From NCBI RefSeq assembly GCF_018977255.1, contig NW_024704742.1:12960001-13024000 (forward strand): a stretch of DNA of 64,000 bases, written 5' to 3'. Of this stretch, positions 38,101-50,769 are shown in pieces (position 1 is the stretch's first letter; every line of letters starts with the position of its first letter). Position numbers and translations under genes: made by a program. The notes under the pieces are model-generated. The model ran no database searches, was not told the DNA's origin, and saw only the letters and a list, made by a program, of their open reading frames with translations. Source of the stretch: Callorhinchus milii. Its lineage: Eukaryota.

Positions 38101-41100
38101 AGTCACTGTGTGTGTGACAGTCACTGTGTGTGTGACAGTCACTGTGTGTGTGACAGTCACTGTGTGTGTGTGTGTGACAGTCACTGTGTGTGTGACAGTC
38201 ACTGTGTGTGTGTGATAGTCACTGTGTGTGACAGTCACTGTGTGTGTGACAGTCACTGTGTGTGTGACAGTCACTGTGTGTGTGACAGTCACTGTGTGTG
38301 TGTGACAGTCACTGTGTGTGTGACAGTCACTGTGTGTGTGTGACAGTCACTGTGTGTGTGACAGTCACTGTGTGTGTGACAGTCACTGTGTGTGTGACAG
38401 TCACTGTGTGTGTGTCAGTCACTGTGTGTGTGACAGTCACTGTGTGTGTGTCAGTCACTGTGTGTGTGACAGTCACTGTGTGTGTGACAGTCACTGTGTG
38501 TGTGTGTGACAGTCACTGTGTGTGTGACAGTCACTGTGTGTGTGTGTGTGACAGTCACTGTGTGTGTGTGACAGTCACTGTGTGTGTGACAGTCACTGTG
38601 TGTGTGACAGTCACTGTGTGTGTGTGACAGTCACTGTGTGTGTGACAGTCACTGTGTGTGTGACAGTCACTGTGTGTGTGACAGTCACTGTGTGTGTGAC
38701 AGTCACTGTGTGTGTGACAGTCACTGTGTGTGTGACAGTCACTGTGTGTGTGACAGTCACTGGTGTGTGTGACAGTCACTGTGTGTGTGACAGTCACTGT
38801 GTGTGTGACAGTCACTGTGTGTGTGACAGTCACTGTGTGTGTGACAGTCACTGTGTGTGTGACAGTCACTGTGTGTGTGACAGTCACTGTGTGTGTGACA
38901 GTCACTGTGTGTGTGACAGTCACTGTGTGTGTGACAGTCACTGTGTGTGTGACAGTCACTGTGTGTGTGACAGTCACTGTGTGTGTGACAGTCACTGTGT
39001 GTGTGACAGTCACTGTGTGTGTGACAGTCACTGTGTGTGTGACAGTCACTGTGTGTGTGACAGTCACTGTGTGTGTGACAGTCACTGTGTGTGTGACAGT
39101 CACTGTGTGTGTGACAGTCACTGTGTGTGTGACAGTCACTGTGTGTGTGACAGTCACTGTGTGTGTGACAGTCACTGTGTGTGTGACAGTCACTGTGTGT
39201 GTGACAGTCACTGTGTGTGTGTGTGTGCAGTCACTGTGTGTGTGACAGTCACTGTGTGTGTGTGACAGTCACTGTGTGTGTGACAGTCACTGTGTGTGTG
39301 ACAGTCACTGTGTGTGTGTGTGTGACAGTCACTGTGTGTGTGACAGTCACTGTGTGTGTGACAGTCACTGTGTGTGTGACAGTCACTGTGTGTGTGACAG
39401 TCACTGTGTGTGTGACAGTCACTGTGTGTGTGTGACAGTCACTGTGTGTGTGTGTGTGTGTGACAGTCACTGTGTGTGTGACAGTCACTGTGTGTGTGAC
39501 AGTCACTGTGTGTGTGACAGTCACTGTGTGTGTGACAGTCACTGTGTGTGTGACAGTCACTGTGTGTGTGACAGTCACTGTGTGTGTGACAGTCACTGTG
39601 TGTGTGACAGTCACTGTGTGTGTGACAGTCACTGTGTGTGTGACAGTCACTGTGTGTGAGACAGTCACTCTGTGTGTGAGACACTCTGTGTGTGTGACAG
39701 TCACTGTGTGTGTGACAGTCACTGTGTGTGTGACAGTCACTGTGTGTGTGACAGTCACTGTGTGTGTGTGACAGTCACTGTGTGTGTGACAGTCACTGTG
39801 TGTGTGACAGTCACTGTGTGTGTGACAGTCACTGTGTGTGTGTGACAGTCACTGTGTGTGTGACAGTCACTGTGTGTGTGACAGTCACTGTGTGTGTGAC
39901 AGTCACTGTGTGTGTGTGACAGTCACTGTGTGTGTGACAGTCACTGTGTGTGTGACAGTCACTGTGTGTGTGACAGTCACTGTGTGTGTGACAGTCACTG
40001 TGTGTGTGACAGTAACTGTGTGTGTGACAGTCACTATGTGTGTGTGACAGTCACTGTGTGTGTGTGTGTGTGACAGTCACTGTGTGTGTGACAGTCACTG
40101 TGTGTGTGACAGTCACTGTGTGTGTGACAGTCACTGTGTGTGACAGTCACTGTGTGTGTGACAGTCACTGTGTGTGTGACAGTCACTGTGTGTGTGTGAC
40201 AGTCACTGTGTGTGTGTGACAGTCACTGTGTGTGTGACAGTCACTGTGTGTGTGTGACAGTCACTGTGTGTGTGACAGTCACTGTGTGTGTGACAGTCAC
40301 TGTGTGTGTGTCAGTCACTGTGTGTGTGACAGTCACTGTGTGTGTGACAGTCACTGTGTGTGTGTGACAGTCACTGTGTGTGTGACAGTCACTGTGTGTG
40401 TGTGTGTGTGACAGTCACTCTGTGTGTGTGACAGTCACTGTGTGTGTGAGTATGGTTGACAGTCACTGTGTGTGTTGACAGTCACTGTGGTGTGTGACAG
40501 TCACTGTGTGTGTGACAGTCACTGTGTGTGTGACAGTCACTGTGTGTGTGACAGTCACTGTGTGTGTGACAGTCACTGTGTGTGTGACAGTCACTGTGTG
40601 TGTGACAGTCACTGTGTGTGTGACAGTCACTGTGTGTGTGACAGTCACTGTGTGTGTGACAGTCACTGTGTGTGTGACAGTCACTGTGTGTGTGTGACAG
40701 TCACTGTGTGTGTGACAGTCACTGTGTGTGTGACAGTCACTGTGTGTGTGTGACAGTCACTGTGTGTGTGACAGTCACTGTGTGTGTGACAGTCACTGTG
40801 TGTGTGACAGTCACTGTGTGTGTGACAGTCACTGTGTGTGTGTGACAGTCACTGTGTGTGTGACAGTCACTGTGTGTGTGACAGTCACTGTGTGTGTGAC
40901 AGTCACTGTGTGTGTGACAGTCACTGTGTGTGTGACAGTCACTGTGTGTGTGACAGTCACTGTGTGTGTGTGACAGTCACTGTGTGTGTGACAGTCACTG
41001 TGTGTGTGACAGTCACTGTGTGTGTGACAGTCACTGTGTGTGTGACAGTCACTGTGTGTGTGTGACAGTCACTGTGTGTGTGACAGTCACTGTGTGTGTG

Positions 41101-44100
41101 ACAGTCACTGTGTGTGTGTGACAGTCACTGTGTGTGTGTGTGTGTGATGACAGTCACTGTGTGTGTGACAGTCACTGTGTGTGTGACAGTCACTGTGTGT
41201 GTGACAGTCACTGTGTGTGTGTGACAGTCACTGTGTGTGTGACAGTCACTGTGTGTGTAACAGTCACTGTGTGAGACAGTCACTGTGTGTGACAGTCACT
41301 GTGTGTGTGACAGTCACTGTGTGTGTGACAGTCACTGTGTGTGTGTGACAGTCACTGTGTGTGTGACAGTCACTGTGTGTGTGACAGTCACTGTGTGTGA
41401 CAGTCACTGTGTGTGTGACAGTCACTGTGTGTGTGACAGTCACTGTGTGTGTGACAGTCACTGTGTGTGTGACAGTCACTGTGTGTGTGTGACAGTCACT
41501 GTGTGTGTGACAGTCACTGTGTGTGTGACAGTCACTGTGTGTGAAGTCACTGGTGTGGACAGTCACTGTGTGTGTGACAGTCACTGTGTGTGTGACAGTC
41601 ACTGTGTGTGTGACAGTCACTGTGTGTGTGGACAGTCACTGTGTGTTTGACAGTCACTGTGTTTGTGACAGTCACTGTGTGTGTGACAGTCACTGTGTGT
41701 GTGGAAGTCACTGGTGTGTGACAGTCACTGTGTGTGTTGACAGTCACTGTGTGTGTGACAGTCACTGTGTGTGTGACAGTCACTGTGTGTGTGAGACAGT
41801 CACTGTGTGTGTGACAGTCACTGTGTGTGTGACAGTCACTGTGTGTGTGTGACAGTCACTGTGTGTGTGACAGTCACTGTGTGTGTGACAGTCACTGTGT
41901 GTGTGACAGTCACTGTGTGTGTGACAGTCACTGTGTGTGTGTGACAGTCACTGTGTGTGTGTGACAGTCACTGTGTGTGTGACAGTCACTGTGTGTGTGA
42001 CAGTCACTGTGTGTGTGACAGTCACTGTGTGTGTGACAGTCACTGTGTGTGTGACAGTCACTGTGTGTGACAGTCACTGTGTGTGTGACAGTCACTGTGT
42101 GTGTGACAGTCACTGTGTGTGTGACAGTCACTGTGTGTGTGACAGTCACTGTGTGTGTGTGACAGTCACTGTGTGTGTGACAGTCACTGTGTGTGTGACA
42201 GTCACTGTGTGTGTGACAGTCACTGTGTGTGTGACAGTCACTGTGTGTGTGACAGTCACTGTGTGTGTGACAGTCACTGTGTGTGTGAGAGTCACTGTGT
42301 GTGTGACAGTCACAAGTGGACAGTCACTGTGTGTGTGACAGTCACTGTGTGTGGGACAGTCACTGTGTGTGTGACAGTCACTGTGTGTGTGACAGTCACT
42401 GGTGTGTGTGACAGTCACTGTGTGTGTGACAGTCACTGTGTGTGTGACAGTCACTGTGTGTGTGACAGTCACTGTGTGTGTGTGACAGTCACTGTGTGTG
42501 TGACAGTCACTGTGTGTGTGACAGTCACTGTGTGGTGTGACAGTCACTGTGTGTGTGAAAGTCACTCTGTGTGAGACAGTCATTGTGTGGTGTGACAGTC
42601 ACTGTGTGTGACAGTCAGCTGTGTGTGTGTGACAGTCACTGTGTGTGTGACAGTCACTGTGTGGGTGTGACAGTCACTGTGTGTGTGACAGTCACTGTGT
42701 GTGTGACAGTCACTGTGTGTGTGTGACAGTCACTGTGTGTGTGACAGTCACTGTGTGTGTGTGACAGTCACTGTGTGTGTGACAGTCACTGTGTGTGTGA
42801 CAGTCACTGTGTGTGTGACAGTCACTGTGTGTGTGACAGTCACTGTGTGTGTGACAGTCACTGTGTGTGTGTGACAGTCACTGTGTGTGTGTGACAGTCA
42901 CTGTGTGTGTGACAGTCACTGTGTGTGTGACAGTTACTGTGTGTGTGACACTCACTGTGTGTGTGACAGTCACTGGTGTGTGTGACAGTCACTGTGTGTG
43001 TGACAGTCACTGTGTGTGTGACAGTCACTGTGTGTGTGACAGTCACTGTGTGTGTGACAGTCACTCTGTGTGTGACAGTCACTGTGTGTGTGTGACAGTC
43101 GCTGTGTGTCTGTGACAGTCACTCTGTGTGTGTGACAGTCACTGTGTGTGTGACAGTCAGTGTGTGTCTGACAGTCGCTTTGTGTGTGTTACAGTCACTG
43201 GTGTTGTGTGGACAGTCACTGTGTGTGTGACAGTCACTGTGTGTGTGACAGTCACTGTGTGTGTGACAGTCACTGTGTGTGTGTGACAGTCACTGTGTGT
43301 GTGACAGTCACTGTGTGTGACAGTCACTGTGTGTGTGACAGTCACTGGTCTGTGTGTTGACAGTCACTGTGTGTGTGTGACAGTCACTGTGTGTGTGACA
43401 GTCACTGTGTGTGTGTGACAGTCACTGTGTGTGTGAACAGTCACTGTGTGTGTGACAGTCACTGTGTGTGTGACAGTCACTGTGTGTGTGACAGTCACTG
43501 TGTGTGTGTACCTGTCAGTCACTGTGTGTTAGTGTCAGTCACTGTGTGTGTGTCAGTCACTGTGTGTGTGTACCTGTCAGTCACTGTGTGTGTGTCAGTC
43601 ACTGTGTGTGTGTGTCAGTCACTGTGTGTGTGTCAGTCACTGTGTGTGTGACAGTCACTGTGTGTGTGACAGTCACTGTGTGTGTGACAGTCACTGTGTG
43701 TGTGTGACAGTCACTGTGTGTGTGACAGTCACTGTGTGTGTGTGACAGTCACTGTGTGTGTGACAGTCACTGTGTGTGAGACAGTCACTGTGTGAGACAG
43801 TCACTGTGTGTGACAGTCACTGTGTGTGTGACAGTCACTGTGTGTGTGTGACAGTCACTGTGTGTGTGACAGTCACTGTGTGTGTGACAGTCACTGTGTG
43901 TGAGACAGTCACTGTGTGAGACAGTCACTGTGTGTGTGACAGTCACTGTGTGTGTGACAGTCACTGTGTGTGTGTGACAGTCACTGTGTGTGTGTGACAG
44001 TCACTGTGTGTGTGACAGTCACTGTGTGTGTGTGACAGTCACTGTGTGTGTGTGACAGTCACTGTGTGTGTGACAGTCACTGTGTGTGTGTGACAGTCAC

Positions 44101-44612
44101 TGTGTGTGTGACAGTCACTGTGTGTGTGACAGTCACTGTGTGTGTGTCAGTCACTGTGTGTGTGACAGTCACTGTGTGTGTGACAGTCACTGTGTGTGTG
44201 TGACAGTCACTGTGTGTGTGTGACAGTCACTGTGTGTGTGTGACAGTCACTGTGTGTGTGTGACAGTCACTGTGTGTGTGACAGTCACTGTGTGTGAGAC
44301 AGTCACTGTGTGTGTGACAGTCACTGTGTGTGTGACAGTCACTGTGTGTGTGACAGTCACTGTGTGTGTGTGACAGTCACTGTGTGTGTGACAGTCACTG
44401 TGTGTGTGTCAGTCACTGTGTGTATGACAGTCACTGTGTGTGTGACAGTCACTGTGTGTGTGTGACAGTCACTGTGTGTGTGACAGTCACTGTGTGTGTG
44501 TGACAGTCACTGTGTGTGTGTGATAGTCACTGTGTGTGTGACAGTCACTGTGTGTGTGACAGTCACTGTGTGTGTGTGACAGTCACTATGTGTGTGACAG
44601 TCACTGTGTCTG
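35200..44612 (+). repeat. ~9.4-kb satellite in PGRMC2 intron 1, core unit GACAGTCACT(GT)4 (18 nt, GT count variable), roughly 500 copies
   Basis: Directly visible tandem array. Homogeneous blocks at ~37460-38090 and ~38765-39210, with degenerate patches elsewhere. Confidence 0.98.
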
Positions 44613-45254
44613 TGAAATGTTATGAAATGCCCACAGGTAACTTGCTAAGGAGAGTTACATTCACTGCACAGCATGATTTATTTTCAGGGAAAGTAATTTT
44701 TCTAGAAATACAGTGCTATGCACGGTACTGAAGGAATACGTGTCAATTTCAGTGTTTTTATGGATGCGTAAGATCGTAAATAAATCTCCACCTGAAAGTC
44801 GGTTAACAGCAGGACATAAACTTGTAACAAGTTGAAGGACTGCTGCGTGCACATTTTAAATATTTGAAGATGTTATCTCCATAGTTTATGATGATGTATG
44901 CAAGTACAAAGATGGTATCTGCAGACATTACTGTTTTAAATAGATCTGTCTCCTTTAATCCCAACACTGAAATATTCGCCATCATTCAGAATAGATCTGT
45001 TACTTATTCTCTCAATGCTAAATGTACACTTTGAAATACAATATTCTTGAATGTGCACTTTGCATTTTTTTTAAAAAATCCTTTACTTGCGGATCTGCTA
45101 CCAATTGTTGCTATGTGATTGGCTGCTTGCCAAAAGGTGCAAAAGAGTGATTTGTAGTAACTTTTTATCAATAAAATATGCTCTTCTCATTTTCCCAAAG
45201 TGAACACTAGTGAAGTTTCGAGAGTTGCTTTGTCTATTGATAAATTATACCTTG

Positions 45255-45722
45255 AACATCCCATCCTCGTCTGGCTTCAATGGCTGCCCATCCCCCAGAG
45301 GATCGAGTTTAAGATTCTCATCCTCTCTTTTAAAGCCCTCCAGGGTCTTGCTCCTTTCTCCCTGCCTCTGTGACCTGCTAAAACCACACCAACCCACCCG
45401 CTCCTTCCGCTTGACGGACACTGGCTGTTCCACACTGCCCACCCCACCATCAGCGGTCAGGCCTTCAACCACTCTGCTCCCACCCTCTGGAACTCCATCC
45501 CAGAATCCATTTGACTTGCCGCCTCCAGGGCCTGCTACAAGGCCCGTCTCAAGACCTTCCTTTTTGGCCAGCTTTCGATCATCACTTGCAATTCGATCAC
45601 TTGCCCTGCACCCCAATTTGATTCCAACCCCAGCTCCTGTGCAAACCTTGACTGTCCAGCACCTTGGGACACATATTCTGATGTGAAAGGAGCTATAAAA
45701 ATGTAATTTGTTTTTGTTGTTG
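45255..45722 (+). mobile_element. L2 LINE 3' fragment with tail
   Basis: Same 3' region and tail as the other L2 copies. Confidence 0.82.
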
Positions 45723-46207
45723 TATATTTTACTTTGTGGCACATTAACTTTGTACACCAAACTGGAGATACCATCAATATTACACTATTTATTGTAAAAG
45801 TGCAACACTACTTGTTTCATATCCAGTATCTTCAAACAAAATAATTTGCCTATATTGAGCACATAACAGGTATTATATTATGTGCACAATATAATATAAT
45901 ACCTATTTTATATAGGTAATATATTATATGGAGAAGAAATGAGAATGAAAATTGTGAGTGCATTAGAACAAACCAAACTAGCCAAAGAGAAAAAAAGTAC
46001 AAAGCACTACAAAAACAAAATAAAATGACTTGTTTTGGTTCCTTAGTCACCAGTATTTAACCCATATGTGTGTGAGGCCAGACTTTAAGTATTGGGGTGA
46101 AACCTTAGGTTCGATTCCCGAGCAGGGAATGCAGTCTGTTTTTGATTGACGTCCGCACTCACCCTGACTGTTAGCTCACTCGACAAGACCATTGATTAAA
46201 TATTGAT

Positions 46208-46640
46208 GATAATAATCCTTATATTTGATCTAATGACTTACATGTCAGGACATCTCAAAACGCTTCACAGGATATACTGTAAAGTGTAGCGACTCTATTT
46301 TATAGGTAAACACAACCAATTTGCCCACAGCAATGTCCCACAAACAGCCATGAAGCGAGTGACCAATTTTTATTTGGGGGATTGTTGGCCAGGACACTGG
46401 GAGAAACTTCTTTCTCTTTTTAAATAGTGCCATGGGATCTTTAATATCCACCTGACCAGGCAGACGGGACATTGGTTTACAATTCATCCAGAGGCCAGCA
46501 CCTCCAACAATGCAGCAAATACCCCCAGCACTGTATTAGAGCGTCAGCCAAGACTACAAATTCAAAGTCCTGATGTGGGTCTTGAACCTAGTATCTTCTG
46601 ATTCCAAGGCAAAAGTGTTACCAAATGAACCAGGCCGAAA
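46208..46640 (-). mobile_element. Deu-type SINE family B
   Basis: Reverse complement of the head, core and tail seen at 25580-26010. Confidence 0.78.
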
Positions 46641-47329
46641 CTAAATCACTCAACCACTCACTAGCTTAGTCATTTTTCGTTAATTAGAAACGCCATATGG
46701 CTCGCAGATTTTCTTTAAAAAAGCTCTGTGATGTTAAACTTTTAGATGTTTAATACATAGTGCCCACATACATTTTATTATGGTTGTTTTCTTTGAATAG
46801 TGTCCTGTCATAATTTAATCTCTTTGATATTTTTGTTAAGAGTGAATTGTTTGTTTATCTGAATTGTTGCATAATTTTGGGGGTAAAATATTTGGGTGTA
46901 TTTGATCAGGTCCTTTTCATCTTTCCTGTTTCTATATGTAAAAGGCATTGTTCAGAGGCAGTCCAGGAGCAAGCATTTTGATACAGTGCTGTCAGTACCT
47001 CATTGAATCAGTCACTGTTGAACCTAGATGGTAACTATTTAATTCTGAAAACTACCAAGCTGAAAGAGATCCTGTCCTATCTAATATTGCAGACTGGAAA
47101 AAGGTCACAAGGTAGAGAGCAGGAAATTCCACTCTACATATCATGCCCATGCCCCACTTTGGGCACAGGAAAATTGAGTTCACCTCTTAGATCAAGAGTG
47201 AAATGTGCATCTTTATGGATGGTATGGCTCACTACCACACTGATGGGATACTTAGACACTGAGCCACAGTAGTTGATGATCAAAACTACAGCTACCTGAA
47301 AGCACAGAGAAAAAGATTGAAGGATGGGA

Positions 47330-47830
47330 TGGACTCAAGGATGAAGTTTCCTGGAGAGGGGGCAGAATAGCTGCAAGCTTGCACACTGATGATTGGCCAA
47401 GGGACATGAAGCAGGCTGGTGTTTGCTGAGTTGAGGCAGTCAGTAGGGTAGCAGAAGGTCACAGAGATAGGAGGTGGCGAGAGCCAGGAGGCGATTTGAA
47501 AGTAAGGATGAGAATCTTTAATTTACTGGGGGATGGAATTAGAGGTGATGAGCTTGGGGGCCTGGTGCAGGAGAGGACGCAGACTGCAGGGTTCTGGATG
47601 GTTTGCAGCTTTTGGGAGATCATCTGGGGAGTCCGGCGAGCAGGGCATTGGAATAATCGATCCTGGACATGGTGAAGCACTTTAGGTGAAGACTTGTTGA
47701 TATTGAGCTGTAGAAATTTACAACTCATCCAGGATTTGATGTCTGACAGGTAGTTGGTCAGACCAACGTTGGTCCCGGAATTGAGGTTAAAGGTGGAGAG
47801 AGGGAGTGGGATGTGAATGTGAAAGTGTAT
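47330..47830 (-). mobile_element. Decayed L2 fragment
   Basis: LSDIKSWMS..FLQLN..K, KLQ.IQN.A, KILILTFKS. Confidence 0.7.
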
Positions 47831-48527
47831 CCCAGGTTTAGATTTAGAATAACCATTGTTATATTGAAACATTTTTGATGAAATTGTGCAATAGTTTATC
47901 AATATAAGGAATTGACAGCCAGATTACTCCTCTTCCCCTGCCCCAGCACTTTACAAATTCGCAACTTACAGCTAAAAAAGTGGAGGATTGATTGGTAGTG
48001 ACCAGATTCATAGCCTGGAATCTGTTCTCCTGTAATTAGCTAATTGCAATTTCATAGATTCATAGAATGTTACGGCACAGAAGGAGGCCATTCGGCCCAT
48101 CGACTCTTTCCTTGGAAGAGTAGGACACAATACCATCTAAGCATGTTTTAAATATGTTGCTTTAAATAATAATAATAATCCTTGCATTTGGTGGTATTTT
48201 GGCAATAAAAATCCTTGCATTTGGAACATCTTAAAACGCTTTACAGAATATATGGTAAAGTGGATTGACAGTGCATTTTGTGGGCAAAACATGACAGCCA
48301 GTGTTCCACAAATAGCCATGGAGTGAGTAACCAATTGTAATTGGGGATTGTTGGCCAGGATAATAGGAGAAATGGGAAATGGTGATTGTATTTCTGGATT
48401 TATTCATGGTTGAAACCTTCAAACCCTAAACCCCAAAACTCAGTGCTCAACCCCCAGATAAGAGGGCATGAATTGGAAGATTTTGATGAGGTGAGTAAAA
48501 AGTAAGGTCTCGAGGCTTGTCAGTGTA

Positions 48528-48767
48528 GGATGATTTGTTAGGGATCACTGTATAGGATGATTTGTCAGGGATCACTGTATAGGATGATTTGTCAGGGATC
48601 ACTGAAAAGGATGATTTGTCAGGGATCACTGTAAAGGATGATTTGTCAGGGATCAGTGTATAGGATGATTTGTCAGGGATCACTGTATAGGATGATTTGT
48701 CAGGGATCACTGTATAGGATGATTTGTCAGGGGTCACTGTATAGGATGATTTGTCAGGGGTCACTGT
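48528..48767 (+). repeat. 27-bp minisatellite GGATGATTTGTCAGGGATCACTGTATA, ~9 copies
   Basis: Visible tandem repeat; produces the PDKSSYTVI repeat in the ORF track. Confidence 0.93.
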
Positions 48768-48974
48768 TGGACCAGAATTGCTTGATGACATTTACAAGAG
48801 AATTTAGATTAGTTTTGGTTCCTCTGCAGGTCTCTGTGATCTTACTGTTCTATTGCTGAAGTTGAGGAAATAAGGAATTAGAAATGATTTTTCCTGTACA
48901 GGAATCCTAACATTGCTCCCATGTCTACATGGAAAGGAATTCCAGGAATTTCTCTTTCCTGAGTTGACTCTGGT

Positions 48975-49580
48975 ACAACAACAAAATTACATTTGTAAAG
49001 CGCCTTTCACATCAGGAGGATGGCCCAAGGCGCTGGACAGACAGTTTCAGACCAGAGATGGCGGTTGGGATTGGGGAGGGTGGAGGGGGGGAAGTAGGGT
49101 GATTGAAAGTACGGTCGAAGAGGAGGGTCTTGAGATGGATCTTGAAGGAGGCAAGGGAGGGGGCGAGGGGAGGGACTGCGGGATGGAGTTCCAGAGGGTG
49201 GGTGCAGAGTGGCAGAAGGCCCACCTGCCATTAGTGGGGTGAACTAGGCAGGGGACGTGAAGCAGGACAGAGCCCACTGAGCGGAGGGAGCGAACAGAAT
49301 GGTAGGGGGTCACAGAGGTAGGAGGGAGCAAGACCATGGAGGGCTTTGAAGGTGAGAACCAGGATCCTCTGTGTGATGGGAAGCCAGAGGAGTTGGGCAA
49401 GGATGGGGGTGATAGGGTCGCGGAGCCTAGTGCGGGAGAGGACACAGGCTACACAGTTCTGGATGATCTACAGCCTATGGAGGGAGGAGTTGGGGAAGCC
49501 AACAAGCAAGGAGTTTGCATAGTCGAGCCTTGAAGTAATGAAAGCGTGTATGAGGGTTTCGGGTTGAGTGGGTTGAGTTC
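48975..49580 (-). mobile_element. L2 LINE 3' fragment with tail
   Basis: (CAA)n tail at 48975; AF.HSAPTLWNSIP and SLASFK.HLKT.LFD. Confidence 0.85.
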
Positions 49581-49802
49581 TAGCAGAGTCCAAATGGTCC
49601 ATTAGAAAGGAGGCGTTTCATAGCCCAAATACTCCTTTTCCATCTTATATTAAATTCCACCTATTCAAACTTTTGACTAAGATACATGTGTTTGAAGGTT
49701 ATATGTTTGTCAAATAGAATTTGGAGAAATTTATTTTGATTCATGGAAACTCCACTTTACCAGTACATTTCTGATCAACATATGTTGATTTTGTTTTTAC
49801 AG

Positions 49803-49958
49803 ATGGTCCCTATGGTATATTTGCTGGCCGAGATGCTTCTAGAGGGCTGGCAACTTTCTGTCTTGATAAAGATGCACTTAGAGATGAGTTCGATGATCTG
49901 TCTGATTTAAATGCTGTACAAATGGAGAGTGTTGGAGAATGGGAGATGCAATTCATGG
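49803..49958 (+). CDS. PGRMC2: PGRMC2 exon 2 ([52 protein letters not shown])
   Basis: tttttacag acceptor, gtaagt donor at 49959, 156 nt, phase 1-1. The [14 protein letters not shown] wording matches PGRMC2 rather than PGRMC1. Confidence 0.97.
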
Positions 49959-50245
49959 GTAAGTATTCTTCTTTTCTAGTTGTATTCAACATTGTAAACT
50001 TGTTCCATTTTAACCCGTTACATTAAAGAAAAAAAGTTCGAACTGAAAGTTGAATTCAACTAAATTTTTGTTTCGTCAACTGGATATCTGACATTCTGAC
50101 CCATCAGAATGCTTAACTGTATCCAAACCAGACAGTTTCATGCATGCCAAGTACACATATACTTTCCCCCTGGAGGAATGACCCTTCATACCTAATTCCA
50201 AATAGTATTCGATACAGACTGTTGAGAGTTTTCTGATGGGCATCT

Positions 50246-50470
50246 TACAACAACAATAACAAAATTACATTTATAAAGCGCCTTTTCGTCGGGAGGACAT
50301 TGAACAGTCAGCGATCAGGACCCGAGCGTGGGGGGCAGGGTTGGGATGAGGGAGGGCATAAGGGGTAGAAGGGCGGCTGAAGGCATAGTCAAAAAGGATG
50401 GTCTTGATTCGTGCCTTGAAGGAGGCAAGAGAGGGAGCAAGGCAAAGGGATTGTGGAATGGAGTTCCAAA
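50246..50470 (-). mobile_element. L2 3' tail fragment
   Basis: (CAA)n tail and 3' UTR similar to the 48975 copy. Confidence 0.75.
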
Positions 50471-50769
50471 GAGAGACTGAAATACTATAAATATCTTACC
50501 CTTTAAGAAATTTCTTTGTCACCATGTAAAGTGGTTGTGATCTTCAACTTTACTGTGCACATAAGATGAAGCTCCTTTAGTTGTTTTTTTTCTACTGGGG
50601 CATCAACCAAGAGGAATGGGGAACAGATAGGTACTTTCTATTGATGGATCAAAATAAACTATTAAAATCAAGTCCTCCATCAACCCAGCATCTGAAGCAG
50701 ACAGTGCAGTGCCAGGTTTTAATGGTTGGATGGAAAATCTACTCAACCATGTCAGAACAAAATGTAACG

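Noticed and set aside
36100..43350. Degenerate patches in the satellite as higher-order structure or encoded information
   Set aside because: Scattered 1-nt indels and substitutions look like mutation or low-coverage read error; no periodicity seen.
35200..44612. CRISPR-like repeat array
   Set aside because: No unique spacers, no cas genes, and a eukaryotic intron context.
35261..44731. Poly(CDSHCV), poly(CVTVTV) and poly(HTVTVT) ORFs
   Set aside because: Translations of the intronic satellite. No evidence for expression, though RAN translation cannot be excluded.
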